From assembly GCA_027621175.1 (NCBI GenBank), contig JAQCCM010000003.1, forward strand, positions 24,845 to 88,844: DNA of 64,000 nucleotides. The letters run 5' to 3'. Position 1 is the stretch's first letter. Each line of letters begins with the position of its first letter. The DNA comes from Bacteroidota bacterium. Its GTDB lineage: Bacteria; Bacteroidota; Bacteroidia; Flavobacteriales; Flavobacteriaceae. This document shows, piece after piece, positions 41,047 to 49,370 of the stretch. The notes below the pieces were generated by a model that saw only the letters and a list, made by a program, of their open reading frames with translations, did not search any database and was not told the origin of the DNA. The translations under genes were made by a program, and so were the position numbers.

Positions 41047-41886
41047 TTGTTAACCGCAAAACCGTATGTTATTAACACATTTGGTATTTTTGCCATTCAC
41101 ATCGGGAAATTGCTTCAACGCTATACGTCATCGAATCTTCATGTTGCCCTTGCACTTTGGGCATTTTGCTATGTCTTTGCTTTCCAACAAGGCGTTCCGT
41201 TTTCTTTTTCGCTTCAGTGTGCTGTTTTTGGTTTTGGATGGGCAGCGTATCAATACTTGCATGTTTTTGTTCCTTTCTTATATAAACAGCAGTCGTTAAT
41301 CCTAAAAAAGGTATTTCCATTTGTACTGGCACTATCTCTTGGGTTTTACGGATTGATTTCACAACCTGTTTTTATTTGGATTGCCTTCGGATTTGTTGGT
41401 GTATTAACGTTTTGCTACGCACTTCCATTAGGCGCAAAAATGGGCCTCCGCTTTGTGCCAACGCTCAAAATTTTTGTCGTTGCACTTTGCTGGGCAGTAT
41501 TGGCTATGTTAAGTTTATTTGGTTTGTCCAAAAAGGTTTTTATTTTACTTTTATTAAAAGCTTTGTTGTGGATGATATGTCTTATTTTACCTTTTGAGCT
41601 CCGCGATATACAGAAAGATGAAAAATTCTTAAAAACCCTGCCGCAACTTTTAGGCGTACATGGCGTGAAACTATTGGGGTTTATATTGATTGGTTTTGTG
41701 GGCTTTGTAGGGTATTATACTGTGCCGGTAAACAACCTTCTTTGGGTGGAGTGGGGGATGCTATTGCTTTTGGGGATTTCACTTTACAGCATGTCATCAA
41801 AGCGATCCCCTATGTTTACTTCCTTTTGGGTGGAAGGTATTCCCATTCTGTGGTTAGCGGTGAGTTTATGGGTTTCATACACATGA
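41047..41886 (+). CDS. Polytopic membrane protein with one UbiA-like Asp-rich motif; function unknown
   Basis: About 8 hydrophobic segments. LRFVPTLKIFVVALCW and ELRDIQKDEKFLKTLPQLLG resemble the second half of UbiA prenyltransferases. There is no in-frame ATG before residue 122, so the start is TTG 41047 or another non-ATG codon. Confidence 0.5.
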   Translation: MLTAKPYVINTFGIFAIHIGKLLQRYTSSNLHVALALWAFCYVFAFQQGVPFSFSLQCAVFGFGWAAYQYLHVFVPFLYKQQSLILKKVFPFVLALSLGFYGLISQPVFIWIAFGFVGVLTFCYALPLGAKMGLRFVPTLKIFVVALCWAVLAMLSLFGLSKKVFILLLLKALLWMICLILPFELRDIQKDEKFLKTLPQLLGVHGVKLLGFILIGFVGFVGYYTVPVNNLLWVEWGMLLLLGISLYSMSSKRSPMFTSFWVEGIPILWLAVSLWVSYT

Positions 41887-41898
41887 TTTTGTTCCAAA

Positions 41899-42573
41899 TC
41901 ATGTAAGCAAATCAGGGCGTTTTTTTTTGGTGATTTCTAGTGCTTGATCTTCGCGCCAAGCCTCTATTTTGGGAGTATTCCCAGAAGTAAGTATTTCTGG
42001 GACTTTGTGTCCGTTATAGTCTGCGGGTCGGGTGTAAACAGGAGGTGCTAATAACCCGTCTTGGAACGAATCCGTTAGGGCAGAGGTTTCATTGCCTAAT
42101 ACGCCAGGGATTAACCTAATAATGCTATCGCAAAGCACGGCAGCAGCCAATTCGCCCCCAGAAAGTACATAATCGCCAATCGAAATTTCGTGCGTAATAA
42201 ATAAATCTCGTACCCGCTGATCTACGCCTTTATAGTGTCCACATAGCACAATGATATTTTTTAATAGCGAAATTTTATTTGCTGTTCCTTGATTCAGTAC
42301 TTCACCATCTGGAGTCATGTAAATGATAGCGTCATAATCACGAGCTGCTTTTAGTGCGCTAATACACTTTTCGATGGGGGCAATCATGAGTACCATGCCT
42401 GCACCTCCTCCGTATGGATAATCGTCCACTTGCTTATAGTTGTTGGTAGTATAGTCGCGTAAGTTGTGGAAATAAACTTCTACTAAGCCAGCGTCCTGCG
42501 CGCGTTTCATTATTGAGCCTTCAAAAGGACTTTGTATGATGTCCGGAACAACGCTAATGATATCTATTCGCAT
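41899..42573 (-). CDS. trmD: tRNA (guanine37-N1)-methyltransferase
   Basis: [12 protein letters not shown]..., [22 protein letters not shown] chose the ATG at 42573 over the longer ORF, whose extra 23 residues look non-native. Confidence 0.9.
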   Translation of the reverse strand: MRIDIISVVPDIIQSPFEGSIMKRAQDAGLVEVYFHNLRDYTTNNYKQVDDYPYGGGAGMVLMIAPIEKCISALKAARDYDAIIYMTPDGEVLNQGTANKISLLKNIIVLCGHYKGVDQRVRDLFITHEISIGDYVLSGGELAAAVLCDSIIRLIPGVLGNETSALTDSFQDGLLAPPVYTRPADYNGHKVPEILTSGNTPKIEAWREDQALEITKKKRPDLLT

Positions 42574-42686
42574 GGGGTAAAGATAGTGATAGAAAATTAG
42601 GCAAAAGGAAATTAGACAATAGTGAAGTGTGTTTTTGAACAATCAAAAAATTATGGCTTAGAAGTGTTGATTGGAAATAAGAAAAG

Positions 42687-42711
42687 AGGTGGTCGAAATT
42701 TTCGACCACCT
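42687..42711 (-). terminator. Hairpin terminator downstream of the HtrA-like gene
   Basis: Perfect palindrome AGGTGGTCGAAA-T-TTTCGACCACCT. On the minus strand it is followed by the T-rich run CTTTTCTTATTT. Confidence 0.65.
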
Positions 42712-42755
42712 TGAATCATTGAAACACACCACCAAGCAAAAAAATGAATAACGGA

Positions 42756-44150
42756 CTATTCAAAAATAAAGCGCATACGTTCTTTGTCTTGATTCATAAA
42801 CTCCAATTCGTATATGCTGTCTTCATCTAATTTCAATACATCATCTACGGTGGATATATCATTTCCATTTACAGAAAGCAATACATCACCTTCTTTTACA
42901 CCGCGACGATATAAACGTCCGTTTTGTACGGCAGATACGTGTACACCTTCATCGAGATCTAATTTGTTCGCTTCTTTTTTGGTGAGTTCCCTTAAACGCA
43001 TTCCGTAATAGTTTATAAAAGGGGTGCGCTTTAGTTCCACTGAAAGTGTTTTTTCTTCGCCCTTTCGTAAAAAAGTTACATTCACACGATCGCCGGGACG
43101 TTTTGAGCCCAAGTAGCCAGTAAGGTCTGCAAATTTCCGAATAGGCGCGTCATTGATTTTAATGATAATATCCTCTTCTTGTATTCCAGCTTCTTTGGCA
43201 CCCATGCTTTCTTCGAGTCCAGCAACATAGAACCCTTCGGTTTCTTGAATGCCGAGTTCCTCGGCAATACGCGCGTTGAGTCCATTTCCGGTAACACCCA
43301 ACAGTGCTTTTTGTACGTTTCCAAATTCTACAATATCCTCGTAAATTTTACGCGCCATGTTGCTTGGAACCGCAAACGAATACCCAATAAACGTACCCAT
43401 ACCGTTACTGGTAATGGCTGTGTTGATGCCAATTAAATAGCCATCTAGGTTTACTAAGGCTCCTCCGCTATTTCCTGAATTTACGGCAGCATCGGTTTGA
43501 ATAAAGGATTGATTGTTGCTGTCATAACTATTCAAATCTCTCGATTTTGCACTGATAATTCCAGCTGTTACCGTGGAGTTTAGGTTGTATGGATTTCCCA
43601 CTGCCAATACCCATTCGCCAATGCGTGTTAGGTCTGAATCTGCAAAACGTACGTGGGGAAATATCTCTTCGCTATTGATGCGCAATACGGCAATATCTGC
43701 ACTTGAATCGGCGCCTATCAGCTCTGCTTCATATATTTTATTGTTATTCGTGGTAACTTCAATTTCGGTAGCGTTTTCAATAACGTGGTAGTTGGTGATG
43801 ATATAGCCGTCAGGTGAAACAATAACACCCGACCCCATTCCAATTCTTGGATATTCGCGACTTGGAGTATTGTAAAAATACTCCCAAATGCTACTGGGTA
43901 GGCGTGATCTTCCAACGCTAGTATTGGTGATATGAACTACGGCGTCAATCGTTTTTTCTGCTGCCATAGTAAAATCCGTACTCATGGCGCTAACAGTTGT
44001 CGATGGTGTAAAACTTGTGTTGACCACTTGTGGCATAGTAGTGTAGGCAGTTGAAGTTTTATCTTGATTTGTTTGAACTTGGTCGAATGCCCAAACGGCT
44101 ATAAGGGCTGAAACAAAAGCAATAGTACTGGTTTTAAGAATCGATTTCAT
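42756..44150 (-). CDS. Do/HtrA-family periplasmic serine endopeptidase with PDZ domains
   Basis: Trypsin-like catalytic residues (TNYHV, DIAVL, GNSGGALV) followed by two PDZ-like regions. Confidence 0.88.
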   Translation of the reverse strand: MKSILKTSTIAFVSALIAVWAFDQVQTNQDKTSTAYTTMPQVVNTSFTPSTTVSAMSTDFTMAAEKTIDAVVHITNTSVGRSRLPSSIWEYFYNTPSREYPRIGMGSGVIVSPDGYIITNYHVIENATEIEVTTNNNKIYEAELIGADSSADIAVLRINSEEIFPHVRFADSDLTRIGEWVLAVGNPYNLNSTVTAGIISAKSRDLNSYDSNNQSFIQTDAAVNSGNSGGALVNLDGYLIGINTAITSNGMGTFIGYSFAVPSNMARKIYEDIVEFGNVQKALLGVTGNGLNARIAEELGIQETEGFYVAGLEESMGAKEAGIQEEDIIIKINDAPIRKFADLTGYLGSKRPGDRVNVTFLRKGEEKTLSVELKRTPFINYYGMRLRELTKKEANKLDLDEGVHVSAVQNGRLYRRGVKEGDVLLSVNGNDISTVDDVLKLDEDSIYELEFMNQDKERMRFIFE

Positions 44151-44262
44151 CTATTTTAATTTTAAATTTGGATGTAGTGATACCCATATTGTTGGGTGTT
44201 TTTCATTCAAAATTCAAACAACCTTTCTGGAGTTTGATAGCAATTATTTTAAATTTCACCAC

Positions 44263-44270
44263 CAAATGTA
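44263..44270 (-). promoter_or_regulatory. Candidate -7 promoter box (TACATTTG on the minus strand) for the HtrA-like gene
   Basis: The plus strand reads CAAATGTA, 112 nt upstream of the start at 44150. Confidence 0.3.
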
Positions 44271-44338
44271 AAAGAACTTATTGTGAGTTAAAAGTGCTTT
44301 AACGCATTTTTAACAATAGGGCGTCATGGTAGAATACC

Positions 44339-44346
44339 TATATTTG
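44339..44346 (+). promoter_or_regulatory. Candidate -7 promoter box (TATATTTG) for dapF-mltG
   Basis: Perfect TAnnTTTG, 3 nt upstream of the ATG at 44350. It lies inside the longer ORF-track version, which argues for the 44350 start. Confidence 0.4.
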
Positions 44347-44349
44347 CGC

Positions 44350-45132
44350 ATGATTTTTTCGTTTGTAAAATATCAGGGAACTGGCAATGACTTTGTTATT
44401 ATCGATAATAGAGATAATAGGTTTCCTATCGATAACTACGATGCTGTTGCCCAAATCTGTCATCGAAATTTTGGTATTGGTGCTGATGGATTCATTGCTA
44501 TTGAGCAGGATGAAAGCTCTGATTTTTATATGCGTTACTTTAACGCTGATGGTCACGAGGGTAGCCTTTGTGGTAACGGCTCTCGGTGCGCTATTCATTA
44601 CGCTAAAACTTTAGGACTCACTAACAATAATGTTGTGTTTCGTGCCGCCGACGGATTGCATAAAGCACAGTTTGTTGGAGATGAAGTGGCTTTAGAACTT
44701 CATGCAGTATCCCATTGGGAACTCCGTGAATCAGATATTTTTTTAGATACGGGTTCTCCGCATCATGTGGTTTTTGTTTCAGAAATACATAACGTTGACG
44801 TGGCAGTTTTGGGATCAAAAATTGCACACGGTGCTCCCTACTTTTCTGATGGGACAAACGTAAATTTTGTACAGTATATAGATGCCGATACTTTACAAGT
44901 AAGAACTTTTGAACGCGGGGTAGAGGCGGAAACACTTTCTTGCGGGACAGGTGTGACAGCGTCTGCCTTGGCAGCACACATAAGCAAACGAACGACTTCC
45001 AAAAAAATTCAAATACATACACGTGGAGGAAATCTCAGCGTTTCTTTCTCTGTTACTGAACAGGGGTATAAATCTATTATTTTACAAGGACCTGCAATCC
45101 CAGTTTTCACAGGGAAATGGGAGCTAAATTAA
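44350..45132 (+). CDS. dapF: Diaminopimelate epimerase
   Basis: KYQGTGNDFVIIDN and the two catalytic Cys motifs LCGNGSRC and LSCGTGV. Confidence 0.9.
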   Translation: MIFSFVKYQGTGNDFVIIDNRDNRFPIDNYDAVAQICHRNFGIGADGFIAIEQDESSDFYMRYFNADGHEGSLCGNGSRCAIHYAKTLGLTNNNVVFRAADGLHKAQFVGDEVALELHAVSHWELRESDIFLDTGSPHHVVFVSEIHNVDVAVLGSKIAHGAPYFSDGTNVNFVQYIDADTLQVRTFERGVEAETLSCGTGVTASALAAHISKRTTSKKIQIHTRGGNLSVSFSVTEQGYKSIILQGPAIPVFTGKWELN

Positions 45133-45134
45133 GT

Positions 45135-46169
45135 ATGAAGAAAAGAATATTAGTTGCTATCGCATTGATTGGCTTTGTTTTAGGAGGCGTTTTTGTGGGT
45201 CATTTTTACCGCGTCTTTTTTGCTAAAAACACGGCATTTGATTCGCCTACCAAAGAAGTACTGATCCCGTCTATAAACATAAATGCAGCAGCTTATGATT
45301 CGCTGTCAAAAGTGGTAAAACGCATCGATTTATTTCAGCAAGCTGCGATACGTAAAAGGTATATTCCTGTTCCGGGGCGTTTTATATTGGAGAATGGCAT
45401 GAATAACAACGAGATGATTAATCGTTTGCGTTCTGAAAATAAACCCATTAAACTGGCCTTTAATAATCAACAAACTTTGATGCATTTGGCTGGTTTTGTA
45501 GCTCAAAAAATAGAGGCAGATAGTATTTCGATTGTTAATGCCTTTTTAGATGCGTCTTTTTTAGAAGAGCAGAAACTTACTACAGAAAATGTTTTTTCTA
45601 TCTGTGTTCCAAATACGTACGAGTTTTTTTGGAACACAAACGCAAAGCAGTTTCGTGACAGAATGCTTTTGGAGTACAACCGTTTTTGGACACCAAAGCG
45701 TGAGGATGCTCGCAAAAAGATGCGTCTTGATCGCATTGAAGTAATTGCCTTGGCTGCCATAGTTCAATTGGAATCGTATCGAGATATTGAGCGTCCAACC
45801 GTTGCTGGTGTTTACCTGAACCGTATTCGAAAACGGATGCGCCTTCAAGCCGATCCTACTGTAATTTATGCCTTAAAACGAAAGGCAAATAATTTTGATT
45901 TGGATATTCGCAGGGTGTTGTATAAAGATTTAAAAATAGAATCGCCTTACAATACCTACCGCAAAAGAGGTATTCCTCCCGGCCCGATTACCATGCCTGA
46001 TGTAAGTGCAATAGATGCCGTTCTATTTCCCAAAAACCATAGCTACTTGTATTTTGTTGCTGATCCTGATCGCACAGGCTTCCATTTGTTTGCTAAGACA
46101 TTGACTCAGCACAATACGAATAAAAAGAAATATACTACTTGGTTGCGTCAACGCAACATTTATCGCTAA
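45135..46169 (+). CDS. mltG: Endolytic murein transglycosylase MltG (YceG-like)
   Basis: N-terminal transmembrane anchor. YceG-type core (ASIVQLE-like AAIVQLES, VYLNRIRKRMRLQADPTVIYA, YNTYRKRGIPPGPI). Confidence 0.85.
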   Translation: MKKRILVAIALIGFVLGGVFVGHFYRVFFAKNTAFDSPTKEVLIPSININAAAYDSLSKVVKRIDLFQQAAIRKRYIPVPGRFILENGMNNNEMINRLRSENKPIKLAFNNQQTLMHLAGFVAQKIEADSISIVNAFLDASFLEEQKLTTENVFSICVPNTYEFFWNTNAKQFRDRMLLEYNRFWTPKREDARKKMRLDRIEVIALAAIVQLESYRDIERPTVAGVYLNRIRKRMRLQADPTVIYALKRKANNFDLDIRRVLYKDLKIESPYNTYRKRGIPPGPITMPDVSAIDAVLFPKNHSYLYFVADPDRTGFHLFAKTLTQHNTNKKKYTTWLRQRNIYR

Positions 46170-46885
46170 GACGCTAAAAAGGAAAATACGGCCGGGCGCC
46201 GAAGAAAGTCTTCTTTTGAGTTTTTCCAGTCAACCGCTGCTTTTGTTTTTATCGATTCAGTAGGAAGTGTAATATCACAAGCTACGCTCAGCTTAGTCTC
46301 AGGATGCAAACTTTTACATAAGTCTTCTAGCAATGCATTATTTCGATAAGGCGTCTCGATGAATACTTGCGTTTGTTGTAATTCTTTAGATTTCTTTTCA
46401 GATTGTTTGATGGCTTTTTTGCGCTCAACTTTGTCAATAGGCAAATACCCATTAAACGCAAATGACTGCCCATTTAGCCCAGAAGCCATTACGGCTAATA
46501 GTATGGATGATGGTCCTACAAGCGGCGTTACACGTATATTGTTTTTGTGTGCAAGGGCTACTAAATCTGCACCTGGATCTGCAACTCCCGGGCAACCCGC
46601 ATCAGTAATAAGTCCAACATCGTTGCCTTGTTGTAAAGGGGTGAGCATGTGATGAAGCTCTTCTAAAGTGGTAAATTTATTGAGTAAAAATACACCTATG
46701 GTGTTTTGTGGTACTGTGGTACTGATTCGTTTTACAAATGCGCGACCTGCTTTTTCCTTTTCAAACACAAAATAGCGAAGCCCTTCGATTGTTTTTTTTA
46801 CTGACATGGGAACAACCTCTAGTGGGGCTGTGTCTCCCAATACATTTGGAATTAAAAACAATCTGCCTTTTGTAGAAGTATCCAT
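46166..46885 (-). CDS. Tetrapyrrole-methylase-fold SAM-dependent methyltransferase (RsmI-like)
   Basis: GRLFLIPNVLGD, GLITDAGCPGVADPG and ETPYRN. Last gene of the dnaA-PTP-methylase string. Confidence 0.7.
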   Translation of the reverse strand: MDTSTKGRLFLIPNVLGDTAPLEVVPMSVKKTIEGLRYFVFEKEKAGRAFVKRISTTVPQNTIGVFLLNKFTTLEELHHMLTPLQQGNDVGLITDAGCPGVADPGADLVALAHKNNIRVTPLVGPSSILLAVMASGLNGQSFAFNGYLPIDKVERKKAIKQSEKKSKELQQTQVFIETPYRNNALLEDLCKSLHPETKLSVACDITLPTESIKTKAAVDWKNSKEDFLRRPAVFSFLAS

Positions 46886-46888
46886 AGT

Positions 46889-47338
46889 TTAATGTTTGGT
46901 TAGCCATGCTTCACAGCACGAATATACCAATTCAAAAACAGTATCAAAATCATTCTCGTCACCGTAGTAAGGATCAGGGACATGCGAAGTATTATGTCCA
47001 CTTGATGATGTGAGCAATTCAATTTTATGTCGCTCTTCTTGAGTATTGCACAGCGCTAGTGCATCAATGCGGTTTTGCTGATCCATAACTAAGATATGAT
47101 CAAATGTGGCAATATCGTCTCGGGTTAGTTGCCGCGCTTTTTGGTTACTAATATTTATGCCATTTTTAGCAGCAACTGCAATGCTTCGAGAGTCCGGAGC
47201 AGCACCTGTGTGGTAGTTAGCAGTCCCAGCAGAGTCCACAATAAAATTAGAGGGGTCGCTAAGATGTCGAAAAACTCCCTCAGCCAATGGTGATCGACAG
47301 ATATTGCCTAGACACACCATAAGCACTTTGGTTGCCAT
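46889..47338 (-). CDS. Low-molecular-weight protein-tyrosine phosphatase
   Basis: P-loop VCLGNICRSP and the DPYY motif. Confidence 0.9.
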   Translation of the reverse strand: MATKVLMVCLGNICRSPLAEGVFRHLSDPSNFIVDSAGTANYHTGAAPDSRSIAVAAKNGINISNQKARQLTRDDIATFDHILVMDQQNRIDALALCNTQEERHKIELLTSSSGHNTSHVPDPYYGDENDFDTVFELVYSCCEAWLTKH

Positions 47339-47341
47339 GGT

Positions 47342-48769
47342 TTAGTGCGTGAGTTTTTTTCCTAAATCCTCTACGTATTTACGGAATTGTTTATCTGTAA
47401 ATGCGAGGTTGTCAACAGTCTTACAAGCATGTAGTACTGTGGCGTGGTCTCGATGTCCAATTTTAGCGCCAATACTTGCAAGAGAGGCCTTTGTCATTTT
47501 TTTGGAAAAATACATGGCAAGTTGCCGCGCTTGTACAATATGACGTTTTCGTGTTTTTGATTGCAATGTGGTAACATCCAATTGGAAATATTCAGACACC
47601 ACTTTTTGAATGTGATCAATAGAAACTTCTCGTTTGGTGTTTTTAACAAATTTCTCAACGACTTGCTTGGCAAGTTCTAAAGTTACTTCTTTGCGATTGA
47701 AGGATGATTGTGCAATTAATGATATAATAGCACCCTCAAGTTCGCGGATATTTGTTTTTACCGATTTTGCGACATAGTCAATAATGTCTTCTGGTAATTC
47801 AACCCCGTCACGATACAGTTTGTTTTTCAGGATAGAAACACGAGTTTCGTATTCGGGTCGCATCAATTCTGCAGAAAGCCCCCATTTGAAACGAGACAAT
47901 AAACGTTGCTCAATATCTTGCATGTCAACAGGTGCTTTGTCTGATGTAAGGATGACTTGCTTACCGTTTTGGTGCAAATGATTGAAAATATGGAAGAATA
48001 CATCTTGCGTGCCAGACTTTCCAGAGAAAAACTGCACATCGTCAATGATAAGTACATCCATTACTTGGTAAAAGTGAATAAAGTCGTTACGAGTGTTTTT
48101 CTTGACTGCCTCGATGTACTGTTGTGTGAATTTTTCTGCTGAAATATATAGGACCGTTTTGTCTGGGTATTTGCTTTTGATATCCACCCCAATGGCATGT
48201 GCTAAGTGAGTTTTTCCTAAGCCCACTCCGCCAAAAATCAATAGCGGATTAAATGAAGTTCCGCCCGGCTTGTTGGCAACAGCAATTCCAGCAGAACGCG
48301 CCAGTCTGTTGGCATCTCCTTCAAGGAAATTTTCAAAATTATAGTTTGGATTTAGTTGCGACTCAACTTTTAAATTTCGGATTCCAGGGATTACAAAGGG
48401 ATTTGTCAATTCGGCTGATTGCGTGCGCAATGGAGCCTCAACATGTTGTACTTTTATAAGTCCTTTGTTTTGACTGGGAATTTGCTCTGTAAAAGGTTTT
48501 TTGTTTCCAAAAGTGTTTTGCATACGGATAACGTAAACAAGACGGGCGTTTGGTCCTAATTCCTTAGTAAGTGCAACCTTTAAAATTTGAATATAATGTT
48601 CTTCCAGCCACTCGTAAAAAAATTTGCTAGGCACCTCAACGCTTAAAGACTCACCATTGAGCTTAAGAGGTTTAATAGGCTCAAACCAAGTTCTAAATGC
48701 CTGATTTTGAATATTATCCTGAACAAATTTCAAACAGCTTTTCCAGATGCTTTCAGCAGTTTGTTGCAT
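47342..48769 (-). CDS. dnaA: Chromosomal replication initiator protein DnaA
   Basis: AAA+ Walker A GGVGLGKTHL, Walker B IIDDVQF and a C-terminal DNA-binding domain (...HRDHATVLHA...). Confidence 0.95.
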   Translation of the reverse strand: MQQTAESIWKSCLKFVQDNIQNQAFRTWFEPIKPLKLNGESLSVEVPSKFFYEWLEEHYIQILKVALTKELGPNARLVYVIRMQNTFGNKKPFTEQIPSQNKGLIKVQHVEAPLRTQSAELTNPFVIPGIRNLKVESQLNPNYNFENFLEGDANRLARSAGIAVANKPGGTSFNPLLIFGGVGLGKTHLAHAIGVDIKSKYPDKTVLYISAEKFTQQYIEAVKKNTRNDFIHFYQVMDVLIIDDVQFFSGKSGTQDVFFHIFNHLHQNGKQVILTSDKAPVDMQDIEQRLLSRFKWGLSAELMRPEYETRVSILKNKLYRDGVELPEDIIDYVAKSVKTNIRELEGAIISLIAQSSFNRKEVTLELAKQVVEKFVKNTKREVSIDHIQKVVSEYFQLDVTTLQSKTRKRHIVQARQLAMYFSKKMTKASLASIGAKIGHRDHATVLHACKTVDNLAFTDKQFRKYVEDLGKKLTH

Positions 48770-48856
48770 TTTAAATGTTGATTGTTACTTGTTTTTTTAT
48801 CTAAAATGGGTAGGTTGTAGATGACAACTATTACCCTTTTTTATGCCGTACAAATA

Positions 48857-48865
48857 TGTGTATAA
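48857..48865 (-). promoter_or_regulatory. Candidate DnaA box (TTATACACA on the minus strand)
   Basis: The plus strand reads TGTGTATAA, which matches TTWTNCACA and, as I recall, E. coli oriC box R2. It lies 88 nt upstream of the dnaA start in a very AT-rich spacer. Other box-like 9-mers nearby have 2 or more mismatches. Confidence 0.45.
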
Positions 48866-48965
48866 ATTATTTTAAAAAAAAGTAGATAAGCTATTGAATT
48901 TTCAAAAAGTTTATTGCATATTAATGACCATTTCACAATAAAAGTTGTGACATATAGTTTTTACA

Positions 48966-49370
48966 ATGAGTAAGATAAATACTACAATTAAACTTAAAGT
49001 TAATTATCATCAAGTTGATCAAATGGGCATCGTTCATCATGCTCAATATGCGTATTTTTTTGAGCAAGCTAGAATAGATTAGCTGCACCAACAAGGGGTT
49101 AGCTATGCGTCTTTAGAAGAAAGTAAAATTTTGCTTCCGCTAACCGAAATTTCCATTTCATATAAGCGCCCTTTAAGATTTGATGAGCCATTTTTTGTGC
49201 ACACCACGTTAGAAAGTTTTGAGCCTTATTTTGTTGTGTTTTCGTATCGCATTGAAAATGAGCAAGGAGTCGAGATTACTACTGCTTCTTCCCGTCTGGT
49301 TTTTGTGGATGGGAAAACAATGCGCGCGATGAAGTGTCCCTCTTTTTTGTTGGATAAGTTTACCTTTTAA
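48966..49370 (+). pseudogene. YbgC/4HBT-type acyl-CoA thioesterase interrupted by one in-frame TAG (49080..49082)
   Basis: A single frame reads MSKINTTIKLKVNYHQVDQMGIVHHAQYAYFFEQARID*LHQQGVSYASLEESKILLPLTEISISYKRPL...KCPSFLLDKFTF*. The ORF-track fragment 49131..49370 is in the same frame. The total of 134 codons fits the family. Confidence 0.8.

Noticed and set aside
44159-44256. 11-mer ATTTTAAATTT occurs twice (44159..44169 and 44246..44256) in the htrA/dapF divergent spacer
   Set aside because: It is a pure A/T word in a very AT-rich spacer, so chance recurrence is plausible. There is no flanking symmetry or third copy to suggest an operator.
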